Assembly: GCF_009914755.1 (NCBI RefSeq)
Contig: NC_060928.1
Strand: one strand, 5' to 3'
DNA from: the human T2T-CHM13v2.0 reference genome, Homo sapiens
Length of the DNA: 64,000 nt
The notes beneath the pieces were generated by a model that did no database searches, was not told the DNA's origin, and was given only the letters and a program-made list of their open reading frames with translations. Both the position numbers and the translations under genes were made by a program. Shown here piece by piece: positions 15,423 through 31,269 of the stretch. Every line of letters begins with the position of its first letter. The first letter of the stretch is position 1.

Positions 15423-16439
15423 ATGGGGAAGAAACAGAACAGAAAAACTGGAAACTCTAAAAAGCAGAGCACCTCTCCTCCTCCAAAGGAACTCAGTTCC
15501 TCACCAGCAATGGAACAAAGCTGGATGGAGAATGACTTTGATGAGCTGAGAGAAGAAGGCTTCAGACGATCAAATTATTCTGAGCTACGGGAGGACATTC
15601 AGACCAAAGGCAAAGAAGTTGAAAACTATGAAAAAAATTTAGAAGAATGTATAACTGGAATAACCAATACAGAGAAGTGCTTAAAGGAGCTGATGGAGCT
15701 GAAAACCAAGGCTCGAGAACTACGTGAAGAATGCAGAAGCCTCAGGAGCCGATGCGATCAACTGGAAGAAAGGGTATCAGTGATGGAAGATGAAATGAAT
15801 GAAATGAAGCAAGAAGGGAAGTTTAGAGAAAAAAGAATAAAAAGAAATGAGCAAAGCCTCCAAGAAATATGGGACTATGTGAAAAGACCAAATCTATGTC
15901 TGATTGGTGTACCTGAAAGTGATGGGGAGAATGCAACCAAGTTGGAAAACACTCTGCAGGATATTATCCAGGAGAACTTCCCCAATCTAGCAAGGCAGGC
16001 CAACGTTCAGATTCAGGAAATACAGAGAATGCCACAAAGATACTCCTCGAGAAGAGCAACTCCAAGACACATAATTGTCAGATTCACCAAAGTAGAAATG
16101 AAGGAAAAAATGTTAAGGGCAGCCAGAGAGAAAGGTCGGGTTACCCTCAAAGGTAAGCCCATCAGAATAACAGCGGATCTCTCGGCAGAAACCCTACAAG
16201 CCAGAAGAGAGTGGGTGCCAATATTCAACATTCTTAAAGAAAAGAATTTTCAACCCAGAATTTCATATCCAGCCAAACTAAGCTTCATAAGTGAAGGAGA
16301 AATAAAATACTTTACAGACAAGCAAATGCTGAGAGATTTTGTCACCACCAGGCCTGCCCTAAAAGAGCTCCTGAAGGAAGCGCTAAACATGGAAAGGAAC
16401 AACCAGTACCAGCCGCTGCAAAATCATGCCAAAATGTAA
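15423..16439 (+). CDS. ORF1: L1 ORF1p (338 aa RNA-binding protein / nucleic acid chaperone), full length
   Basis: MGKKQNRKTGNSK...NHAKM; REKG, ARR and YPAKLS motifs present; substitutions R159C, T203M, G265V relative to the remembered consensus. Confidence 0.92.
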   Translation: MGKKQNRKTGNSKKQSTSPPPKELSSSPAMEQSWMENDFDELREEGFRRSNYSELREDIQTKGKEVENYEKNLEECITGITNTEKCLKELMELKTKARELREECRSLRSRCDQLEERVSVMEDEMNEMKQEGKFREKRIKRNEQSLQEIWDYVKRPNLCLIGVPESDGENATKLENTLQDIIQENFPNLARQANVQIQEIQRMPQRYSSRRATPRHIIVRFTKVEMKEKMLRAAREKGRVTLKGKPIRITADLSAETLQARREWVPIFNILKEKNFQPRISYPAKLSFISEGEIKYFTDKQMLRDFVTTRPALKELLKEALNMERNNQYQPLQNHAKM

Positions 16440-16502
16440 AGACCATCAAGACTAGGAAGAAACTGCATCAACTAATGAGCAAAATAATCAGCTAACATCA
16501 TA

Positions 16503-20453
<3,951 letters not shown>

Positions 20454-20612
20454 TAGCATTGGGAGATATACCTAATGCTAGATGACGAGTTAGTGGGTGC
20501 AGTGCACCAGCATGGCACATGTATACATATGTAACTAACCTGCACAATGTGCACATGTACCCTAAAACTTAAAGTATAATTAAAAAAAGAAAAAAAAAGA
20601 AACAATGAACTC

Positions 20613-20942
20613 ACCGGGCACAGTGGCACAAAGAAACAATGAACTCGTCTGTAATCCCAGCACTTTGAGAGGCCAAGGTGGGGGATCACGAGGTCAGGAG
20701 TTTGAGACCAGCCTGACCAACATGTTGAAACCCCATCTCTACTAAAGATAAAAAAATTAGCTGGGCATGGTGGCGGGCACCTGTAATCCCAGCTACTCAG
20801 GAGGCTGAGGCAGGAGAATTGCTTGAATCCGGGAGGCGAAGGTTGCAGTGGGTGAAGGTTGCAGTGAGCCGAGATCACACCATTGCACTCCAGCCTGGAT
20901 GACAGAGCAAGACTCTGTCTCAAAAAAAAAGAAAAAAAAAAA
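20613..20942 (+). mobile_element. AluS (AluSg-like) with a target-site copy inserted near its 5' end and a 16 bp internal duplication
   Basis: CCGGGCACAGTGGC...CTGTAATCCCAGCACTTTG...GGATCACGAGGTCAGGAGTTTGAGACCAGCCTG...polyA; followed by AAAGAAACAATGAACT (20943-20958). Confidence 0.92.
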
Positions 20943-23900
20943 AAAGAAACAATGAACTTAAACTATACCCTACAACAAATGGACTTAACAGATATTTACA
21001 GAACATTCTACCCAATAACTGCAGAATATACATTCTACTTATCAGCACAGGGAACATTCCCCAAGATAGGCCATATGATAGGCCCCAAAACAAGTCTCAG
21101 TAAATTTAAGAAAATCAAAATTATATCAAGGAAATTAAAATTATGTCACTCTCAGACCACAGTGGAATACAATTGAATACCCACTCCAAAAGGAATTCTC
21201 AAAACCATGCAAATACATGGAAATTAAATAACCTGCTCCTGAATGACTGTTGAGTCAACAATGAAATCAAGATGGAAATTTAAAAATTATTTGAACTGAA
21301 CTATAATCGGGACACAACCCATCAAAACCTCTGGCATATGGCAAAAGCGGGGCTAAGAGGAAAGTTCACAGCATTAAATGTCTACATCAAAAAGTCTAAA
21401 AGACCACAAATAAACAATCTCCGGTCACACCTCATGGAACTGGAGAAACAAGAACAATTCAAACCCAAACCCAGCAGAAGAAAAGAAATAAAGATCAGAG
21501 AAGAAATAAATGAAACAAAATCTACAAAATATAAATGAAAAAAACAAAGCTGGTTCTTTGTAAAGATAAATAACATTGATAGACCGTTAACAAGATTAAC
21601 CAAAAAGACAAGAGAGAAGATCCAAATAAGCTCAATTGGATATGAAACGAGGGATATTACAGCTTGAGAACAGAACTACAAAAGATTATTCAAGGCTACT
21701 ATGAATACCTTTATATGCACAAACTAGAAAACCTAAAGGAGAGGGATAAATAGAAATATACAGCCCCCTAGATTAAACCAGCAAGTTATAGAATCTTTGA
21801 ACAGATGAATAACAATCAGTGAGTTTGAAATGGTATTAAAAAAAAAGTCAACAGAAAAAAATCCAGGACCAGATGGATTCACAGCTGAATTATATCAGAC
21901 ATTCAAATAAGAATTAGTACCAACCCTATTGACATTATTCCACAGGATAGAGAAAGAGGAAATCCTCCCTAAATCGTTCTATGAAGCCAATATCACCCTA
22001 ATATCAAAACCAGGAAAAAGACATAACAAAGAAGGAAAACTACAGACCAATATCCCTGATAAATATAGATGCAAAAATCCTCAACAAAATACTAGTGAAC
22101 CAAATCCAACAGAACATCAAAAAGATTACCTACCATGATCAAGTGGGTTTCATACCAGTGATGCAGGGATGGTTTTACATATGTAAGTCAATAAGTGTGA
22201 TACAGTACACAAACAAAATTAAAAACAAAAATCACATGTTCATCTCAACAGATGCAGAAAAAGCACTTGACAAAATCCAGAATCCTTTTTTTTGATTAAG
22301 ACTCCCAGCAAAATCAGCATAGAAGGGACATTCCTTAAGGTAATAAAAGCCGTCTATGACAAACCCACATCCAACATTATACTGAATGGGGAAAAGTTGA
22401 AAACACTTCCTCTGAGAACTGGAACAAGACAAGGATGTCCACTTTCACCACTTCTCTTCATTATAGTAGTGGAAGTCCTAGCCAGTTCCGTGAGACAAGA
22501 GAAAGAAATAAAGGGCATCCAAATTGGTAAAAAGGAAGTCAAACTGCTACTGTTTGCTGATGATATGATTGTATACTTAGAAAACCCTAAAGAATCATTC
22601 AAAAAGCTCCTAGAACTGGTAAATGAATTAAGCAAAGTTTCAGGATACAAAATTGTTGTACATATATCAGTAACTTGTTACACACCAACAGTAACTAAGC
22701 TGAGAATCAAATAAAAAACTCAACCCCTTTTACAATAGCTGCAAAAAAAAAAAATACATAGGGATATACTTAACCAAGGACATGAAAAGCTTCTCCAAGG
22801 CAAACTACAAAACACTGCTGAAAGAAATTATGGATGACACAAACAAATGGAAACACATCCAATGCTCTTGGATGGGTAGAATCAATATTGCAAAAATGAC
22901 TATACTGGCAAAAGCAGTCTACAAATTCAATGCAATTTCCAGAAAAATACCACCATCATTCTTCACAGAACTAGAAAAAGCAATCCTAAAATTCATATGG
23001 AACCAAAAAAGAGCCCACAGAGCCAAAGCAAGACTATGCAAAAAGAGCGAATATGGAGGCATCACATTGTCCAACTTCAAACTGTAGTATAAGTCATAGA
23101 CATCAAAACACTATGGTAGTGGTATAAAAATAGGCACATAGACCAATGAAACAGAACAGAGAACCCAGAAATAAAGCCAAATCCAGTCACCTGATCTTCA
23201 ACGAAGCAAACAGAAACATGAAATAGGAAAAGGACACCCTATTCAAAAAATGGTGCTGGGATAATTGGTAAGTCACATGTAGGAGAATGAAACTGGATCC
23301 TCATCTCTCACCTTATGCAAAAATCAACTCAAGATGGATCAAAGACTTAAGTCTGAGATCTGAAGCCATGAAGATTCATCAGAAAAACCCTTCTAGACAC
23401 TGGCTTGAGCAAGGACTTCATGACCAAGAACCCCACAGCAAATGTAACAAAAATAAAGATAAATAGGTGGGACTTAATTAAACTAAAAAGCTTCTGCACA
23501 GCAATAGAAATAATCAGAAGAGTTAACAGAACCCACAACCCACAGAATGGGAGAAAAATCTTCACAGTCTATACATCTAACAAAGTACTAATATCCCAAA
23601 TCTACAAAGAACACAAACAAATCAGTAAGAAAAAAAAATCTCATCAAAAAGTGGGCTAAAGATATGAATAGACAATTCTCCAAAGAAGGTATACAAATGA
23701 AAAAAAGTATATGGAAAAATACTGAATATCACTAATTATCAGGGAAATGCAAATGAAAATCACAATGCAATACCACCTCATTTCTGCAAGAATGGCCGTA
23801 ATCAAAAAATCAAAAAATAATATGGTAAGGTGAAAAGGGAACACTTTTACACTGTTGGTGGGAGTGTAAACTAGTACAACCACTGTGGAAAACAGTGTGG

Positions 23901-24951
23901 AGATTCCTTAAAGAACTAAAAGTAGATCTATTGTTTGATTCTGCCATCCCACTACTAGGTATCTACCCAGAGGAAAATAAGTCATTATACCATAAAAATA
24001 CTTGCACACACGTTTATAGCAGCACAATTTGCAATTGCAAAAATATGGGACCACCCCAAATGCCTATCAGTGAACGAGTGGATACAGAAAATGTGGTATA
24101 TATGTACCAAGGAATACTACTTAGCCATAAAAAGGAATGAAATAATGGCATTTGCAGCAACCTGGGTGGAATTGGGGACTATTATTCTAAGTGAAATAAG
24201 TCAGGAATGAAACGTCAAACATTTTATGTTCTCACTCATATGTGGGAGCTAAACTATGAGGACATAAAAGTATAAGAATGATTCACTGGACTTTTGTGAC
24301 TTAGGGGAAAGGGTGAGGGGTGGTGAGAAATAAAAGACTACACATTGCATACAGGGTACGCTGCTTGGGTGATGGGTGCACCAAAATCTCAGAAATCACC
24401 ACTAAAGAGCTTATTCATGTAACCAAACACCACCTGTTCCCCAAAAACCTATTGAAATTTAAAAAAATTAATAATAAACAGAATGGCTGGGAGCCTAGAG
24501 TTCTAAAGCCTTCACAGGAGTAAAATCAAAGACCTCTAGCCCACTAGAACCTAGATCCTAAACATTAAAGTAGTACCTCCTCCTCAAATATAGATACTGA
24601 CAAATGCTTCTACAAGGTTATGGATGCAGTGAAGAATCTTGCCTATGTTCTAGGCTTTGGATAGTTTAAATAGAAAAAGATAAGTCACCATTGAGAAAAT
24701 GAAATTCTAGGGCTGTGCCACCTGAGATTATGGGATCTGAATTTATTAGCCATATTTGGGGCTAGAAGCCCAAACCAAGAAAATCACAAATAGGAAAGGA
24801 CCTTTGAAATCCACAGAAACTCTTCAGAGACAACACAAAACTGTTCTATAGGTTAATTCACAGGATTCTTGTGAATCCTGCAAGTTTCCTGGAAATGAGC
24901 TCACATTCAAAAAGTACACAAGTGACGGCAACCATGCAAAAGGAAGAGTCA

Positions 24952-25262
24952 GGCCAGGTGTGGTAGCTCACACCTGTAATCCCAGCACTTCGGGAGGCCG
25001 AGGCAGGAGGATTGCTTGAGCCCAAGAGTTTGGGACCAGTCTGAGCAACATAATGAAACCCCATCTACACAAAGAATAAAAATATTATCCAGGCATCGTG
25101 GTATGTGCTGGTAGTACTTGTTATTTGGGAGGCTGAGGTTGGAGGGTCACTCTAACTCAGGAATTTGAGGCTACAGTGAGCCATGATCATGCCATTGCAC
25201 TTTAGCCTGGGCAACAGTGCAAGATGCTGTCTATTAAAAAATAAATAAGAGAGAGAGGGAAA
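24952..25262 (+). mobile_element. AluJ (AluJo-like)
   Basis: GGAGGATTGCTTGAGCCCAAGAGTT J diagnostics; TSD AAAAGGAAGAGTCA (24938-24951) / AAAATGAAGAGTCA (25263-25276). Confidence 0.9.
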
Positions 25263-25333
25263 AAAATGAAGAGTCAATGAATAAAAATGAAGATACAATA
25301 CATAGAATCAGTGCTCTAAGAATTAAGATAATC

Positions 25334-25632
25334 ATATATATATTTGGTTTATATATTTATAATATATATATTTTTATATATAAATGTATTTATATTATAT
25401 ATAAATGTATTTATATTTATATATACATTTATATATATTTATAAATATAAAATGTATTTATATTCATATATAAATACATTTATGTATATAAATACATTTA
25501 TATATGAATATATTTATATTCATATATAAATACATTTATGTATATAAATACATTTATATATGAATATATTTATATTCATATATAAACCAAATATATTTAT
25601 ATATAAGCCAAATATATATATACCAAATATAT
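25334..25632. repeat. AT-rich low-complexity tract with a 56 bp tandem unit (x~2.4) and inverted-repeat architecture
   Basis: 25455-25510 = 25511-25566; ATATTTGGTTTATATAT (25340-25356) is the reverse complement of 25578-25594. Confidence 0.85.
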
Positions 25633-25639
25633 TTTGAGG

Positions 25640-26410
25640 AATAAAATAACCAAAGTTGTAGAGTGAATTTTCAAGTCATGCATTTTTCTAAATTTACCAA
25701 ATTTCCTGAAAAATATTTGGAAAATCCTTATAGACCAATTAGTCTAAAAGTAATAAGCAAGTTGTCAAAAAGCTATTTCCCACTTCCTGAAAACAATATG
25801 GCCAGATAGTTTTACAGGGGAATTCTGCAAAGTTTTATATAATAAAATATTTCAATAATAGTTAAGCAGTTCTACAACATAAACAGAAGCTTCAAAAATT
25901 TATTTTATAAAGTTAGCATAAAATTGGTACCAAAACTTAACAAAGATTGCCTTGATTGACTTAATATTTCAATTTAAGTGAGATACTACATGTTAAAATT
26001 TTGAGGTAACCATTAAAACAATAACAATGAAATCTATAACTTCCAACTAAACAAAGAACAAACACTCGTTTAAAGATATCTGCTAACAATGATTCTCAGA
26101 TTAAATGTATGCATTCCAACTTCATGCTATTTATGAGATTTCTCTAAGTTAATGAAATAGAGTGGTTTAAAGTAAAACAGAGAGAAGACTATTTCAATAT
26201 TGTAATAATAGTAATATCTGATTATATATATTTTAAGATAAAATTTCTATTAAGTATGAATAGTTTATTTTATGATTAAAATTTTCCTTTTATTTATATA
26301 TACATCTGCAGAGAGAAATAGAATTATAGAAAAAATTTAACTAAAATAGTGGCTATTAAAAATATACCTGCCTCAGAATTTACATATACATTAACAAATG
26401 ATGATCATAT
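25640..26410 (+). mobile_element. Ancient L1M fragments
   Basis: GATAGTTTTACAGGGGAATTCTGCAAAG resembles the ORF2 PDGFTGEFYQ region; very decayed. Confidence 0.45.
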
Positions 26411-26413
26411 AGA

Positions 26414-26769
26414 TTTTTTTTTTCAACTTTTATGTTCTGAGGTACTTGTGCAGGAGGTGCAGGTTTGTTACACAGGTAAATGTATGCCATGGTGATTTGC
26501 AGCACAGATCAACCTACATATTAATCCCAACATCTATTAGCTGTTGTTCCTGATGCTCTCCTTCCCCCCGACACCCTGACAGGCCCTAGTGTGTTTTGTT
26601 CCCCTTCATGTGTCCATGTGTTCTCATGGTTCAGCTCCCACTTATAAGTGAGAACATTCAGCATTTGGTTTCTTGTTCTTGCATTAGTTTGATGAGGATA
26701 ATGGCTTCCAGCTCCATCCATGTTCCTGCAAAGGACATGATCGTGTTCCATTTTATGGCTGCATGGTAT
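26414..26769 (-). mobile_element. L1PA (about PA8-PA13) 3' end fragment
   Basis: polyT, GTGCAGGTTTGTTACACAGGTAAA, TCAGCTCCCACTTATAAGTGAGAACA, GCAAAGGACATGATC. Confidence 0.8.
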
Positions 26770-26944
26770 CTTATAGACTATTTGAAAGGAGCCGTTAGCA
26801 AGAGAAAATTAATGAAGTCATAAAAAACTATCAATCTTTGCAGTCACAGGGTAATTTTAACAAATATTAAATAATTGATCATTTATAGTACACCTTGCCT
26901 AAATATAATGCAATTAAGTTAGATATAATACCCCAATAAAACAC

Positions 26945-27810
26945 CTGTCAAAAAAGAGCAGGTTTTGACTAAATCTGTTTTTATTTAGAATATATATTAT
27001 GAGATAGTCAACTGGGGCCACAAGAGGAGGCAGAGAAAAGGCTCAGGAAGACAAAGTTCATTACACTCAAAGGTCCTAGAGACAAGAGGCACAGCTACTG
27101 AAGAGGGTCCGGTGGGCCAGGAGAAACCATTAATACAGAGCCTGGAATGGGGGTTTCACATGCTGTGGTCTGAAAGTTTGTGCTCTTCCAAAATGCATAT
27201 GTTGAAACCTAACCCCAAAGGTGATGGTATTGCAAGGTGAGGCCTTTGGGAAATGATTAGGTCATGTGTCTGGAGTCCCCGTGAATGGGATTCACACCCT
27301 TACAAGGGGCTATGTAGACCAGAGTTCTCTTCTGCCAGGTGAGAACACAGATAAAAAGTGCTATCTATGAACCAGAAAGCCAGCTCTCACCAGACAGGGA
27401 ACCTGCCAGCACCTTGATCTTGAACGTCCCATCCTCCAGAATTGTATGAAATAAATTTCTGTTGTTTATAAGCCATCCAGGTTACCATAATTTGTTTCAG
27501 CAACCCGAATGGATGGAGATATCAAGGGAAAAGCAATGCAGGGTAGGATGAACAGTTTAGAATCGGCTAGTTGGGATAGTTCTAGCATGCTCTGGGGTAT
27601 GGGGGTGGTCTCTTGTTGCCTGGTATCTGATGCTGGAGGCAGAGGAATATTGCCTGCTGGGGTACATAGGTTTAGTTTACATATCGAAGGCATGCTCCTT
27701 GCTGGACCATTTGTTATCTCTGAAAATTGGCTAGGTATAGGGGAAGAGGAGGTAGTCTCTCTCCCATCCCTTCAAAGGTTTTTTTAAGATCATAATATAT
27801 AGAGAATTTT
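26945..27810 (-). mobile_element. Probable old ERVL-class LTR (MER54/MER74-like), split by MLT1A0
   Basis: AACAGTTTAGAATCGGCTAGTT and AAGGTCCTAGAGACA motifs resemble remembered MER54/74; family and strand uncertain. Confidence 0.35.
27161..27521 (+). mobile_element. MLT1A0-like MaLR solo LTR
   Basis: TGCTGTGGTCTGAA...ATATGTTGAAACCTAACCCC...GGCCTTTGGGAAATGATTAGGTCATG...ATAAATTTCTGTTGTTTATAAGCC. Confidence 0.85.
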
Positions 27811-27899
27811 AAACACACACACATATATAATATTTTTAAATGCTTTGCTTTTAAAAAATGCTTTTGCTATTGTGCTATTGTGCTTAGCAAAAGCAAAAC

Positions 27900-28230
27900 A
27901 TTTAAAAATAATTCTTGAGTCAAAGAGAAAATAATATAATTGTGAAATATTTAGGAATAAATGGCAATGAAAACACCACATATAAAAAAGTTGAGGAATG
28001 CAGTGAATGCTATACATGTAGGGGAGGGCACAGTTAGACAGAATTTGTAGTCATAGATATTCATACAAGAAAAGAAAAATTAAAATTATAAATGGCATTC
28101 TTCAACTCAAGAACTTAAAATAATGATAAAACAAAGAACCATGCACATCAAAAAAAAAAAAGGAGATGAAAGTAATAAAAACAAGAGGATAAATAAAAGA
28201 GTGAGCAAAGATACCATTAAAAAGAGCCAT
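27900..28230 (+). mobile_element. Ancient L1M ORF2 fragment
   Basis: AAAACACCACATATAAAAAAGTTGAGGAATGCAG...CAACTCAAGAACTTA resembles the [12 protein letters not shown]...LKKLE region. Confidence 0.45.
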
Positions 28231-28493
28231 GCAACTCCAAAAAGAGCTGATGCCCAATAAGTAGTAGCTTCTGCCTTCACCATCACAATTGCCTACCTTT
28301 GGTTTTGTCAGACTGATGGGAACTAGTTTTCTATCACATTCTGCTGTAACATATGAAAGTTTCAGCTGGATGTTAAAAAAGTACAAAGCTGCAGAGTGTG
28401 TCATTTTCATACCAACTCAACTGGTGGAAAATGCAGGGAAAGGAGTAGGCTCTGCTTTTGCATCCAAATCTCATTTAATCCTTCCAACATCTT

Positions 28494-28915
28494 GTATCAT
28501 TTAACTGTGGTCACAATAATGCTATGTAACAACCATCCTCAAAAATCTCAGAAGCATGTAATGAGCATTTATTTAGCTTATATGTCTCTAGGTCTGTTGG
28601 GGATTGGCCAGTCCAACAGGGCTCAGCTGTAGGTAGCTCTGTCTCAGCTGTCTCTCATTCTGAGCTTAGGAGCAGTCATGGTTCTGAGCAAGCTCTTGCC
28701 ATGGTGATACCAATGATGCCAAAGAGTAAGCCCAAGTATACTAGTTATTTCAGGACTTCTGCTTATGAAGGTGAAAGCAAGTCCTATTTCTGATTCCAAA
28801 ATTCAGGGTGGAAAAAGTTACTCTGGCTTCCTAATGAGAGGAACAATAAAGTCACATGGAAAAGTGGATGCAGGTAGACACGAAAATTGGGACCACTAAT
28901 AATACATTCTATACA
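28494..28915 (-). mobile_element. Old MLT1 (G/H/I-like) MaLR LTR
   Basis: ATGCTATGTAACAACCATCCTCAAAAATCTCAG...CATTTATTTAGCT...AAAGCAAGTCC...AAAGTCACATGG. Confidence 0.55.
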
Positions 28916-29089
28916 GTCCAGGATAGTAGATATTGTTGATATGCATCTCAGTAAATTTCTGAAAAAAATAGAAAAAAAAAAGAAAACTTAGAGTGCTGTA
29001 GCACTGGGCACCTATAAATTGATTTTCAGAGCCCAGTGGGGGAAATAAGACTTCCATAAATATGAGTGGAAGAAGGTTTCATAGTTTTT

Positions 29090-30200
29090 GTAGTTCAGTA
29101 CTTACTATACTAAAGGAACCATGCTAGGCACTAGGGAACGCACTAGTGAGTATAAGCTGACATAGATTCTGTCCTCTGTACTGTCCTACCAGTACATAGC
29201 CAGAAAACAAGAAAATATTAGGTAAGTTAATGTATAATGTCATACTTTTTATTGTGATGAGTGGCCTGAAGGAAATGTCCGTGTACTTAATGCATAAAGG
29301 AGATGTGACTTAATCTGGGTGTCAGGTAGGATCCCTGAGGAAATCATGATGAAACTGAGACGTGAAGAATTAGCAGACATTTTGAAGCCTTAGACAGGAG
29401 GGAAAAGCATTACCAGCAGAAGGAAGATTATTTACCAAAACTCTGTCATGGGGAGGAACGTATAAGTGGCCAGGGTAAAGAGAGTGGAATAAGATGAGGC
29501 TGGAGATATGGCCAGAGCTAGAGCCTTTGTGGAGTCATGTGGGACAGGTGGAGGACTTGGGTCTTTATCCCATGAAAAATGGAAAGTCATTAAAAAGCTT
29601 TCACAGGGGCATAACATCATCAGGCTTTCACTTTGGAAATATTATTCTGGCTACAACATGTAATAAAATGGGCATAATGCAGGAGTGAATGGGTGGGAGG
29701 GCACAGTGAGGAGTTGCTTTCAATGCACCTGCTGATGAGAGATGACAGTAGCTGGAGAAGAATGAACCTGCACAGGAGGTGGAGGAAAAGCTAGAATGTT
29801 GGAACAAGCAATTAAGAGGTACTACTTCATTATAGTGGAGAAAATTGTTATTTACCAGAACAGAAAGAAAGAAGGATTGATGAACGATACTCTGAGAGAT
29901 CAGGTACTGCTGGAGGTCACTGGTAATCTTAACGTGAATTGTTTCAAGGGAGTGGAGGGGAGGTGGCTAAATCTTGACTGCAGTGGGCTGAGGGATGAAT
30001 GGAAGATCACTTTTGAGAAGTCAATTGTTGAAGGAAAGTGAGAGAGAGCGGGAGTTAGAGGCATGATTCTGATATAATTTTTGAGGTTATTTGTTTATTC
30101 TGTTCATGATTAGAGACTTAAGACAGTTTAAATGCAGACATAAAGGATCCAGTTGAGAAGGAGAGATTTAAAATATTTAGGAAATAGGGATCATCAATAA
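29090..30200 (-). mobile_element. L2 LINE fragment
   Basis: ATGCTAGGCACTAGGG...GATGAGGCTGGAGA...AATGGAAAGTCATTAAAAAGCTTT L2 motifs. Confidence 0.65.
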
Positions 30201-31269
30201 TTTAAAATTTAAGGAAATACTTAAGCAAAGATAAAAATAAAGGCAATAAAGCAGTCTAGCCATTTTAACAGAACAAATTGTCAGGCAAGAATAGCAAAAG
30301 CCGTAAAAAAGAAAATACAGACTTGTCTAGCACAGAGGCCATTCCCTGAGCCACATTTGCAAATACCATCAAGAATTACTTCATGAAAATGCACAAGTTA
30401 ATGTGAACCTTCTCTGTATAATTTATAGTATATGCTTATGTGTGTTTACAGTAAAAAATAAAGGGTTCTCATTATAGAATGCACACTCAGTCATTTCTAC
30501 AAATAACAGTCTTGAGTTTAATAATACTTTTAGCAGTATCATAAATGGGTAGCTACTTTGGATACAGCTACTTGGATATTAGAGAAAAAGTTCATATGCC
30601 CAACATTAGTAAGGCCAGATAAAATCCCCAGACTCTATAATAAAAAAAAATTCAGTTTGAGAATGGTGCTCATTTCAGATGAGTGACAAGAAAAATCTAG
30701 AATTTAGAATATTACACTGAATAAATCCCTAATGAAGAGAGAAAGCATACACATTTAATTTTATCTTAATCTCATGATTTTATAATGTAGCTCATAACAG
30801 TAAGATTTTTGTGCCTACTATTTGCCCTTCCTCCCCAAGCTGATCTGCACAAACCTCCCTTGGCAGTCTCTCATGTTCCATCTCCTTGACAATATAAGTC
30901 AGCCTCAGGTGTCAGTGCATTCAGCATGTATTGACTTTTTAAATTTTTACTTTGACATTCTAATGATCTCTCTATAGATTTACACTGAAATCATGTTGCC
31001 ATTTTCTTGGCACTTTAGAGTGGGTATTTTTGGCTTTGTATTGTTTTTAAGGGATGGGTGTGTGTGTGTTCAGTTTCTAGTGGTCTTCTGTTGGATGGAG
31101 AAGAGCAGACTAAAGCTAAAGGAGATCAATTTCACTTTCAGATTATCTGAAATTTTAATAACTCAAAAATATCTTGGACAATTGATAATTTAATGACTTG
31201 AGGTTTCCTAAACAATGCAAATAGTAATATTAACAGATATAGACATTTTGGAATGTAATAGAACAATAT

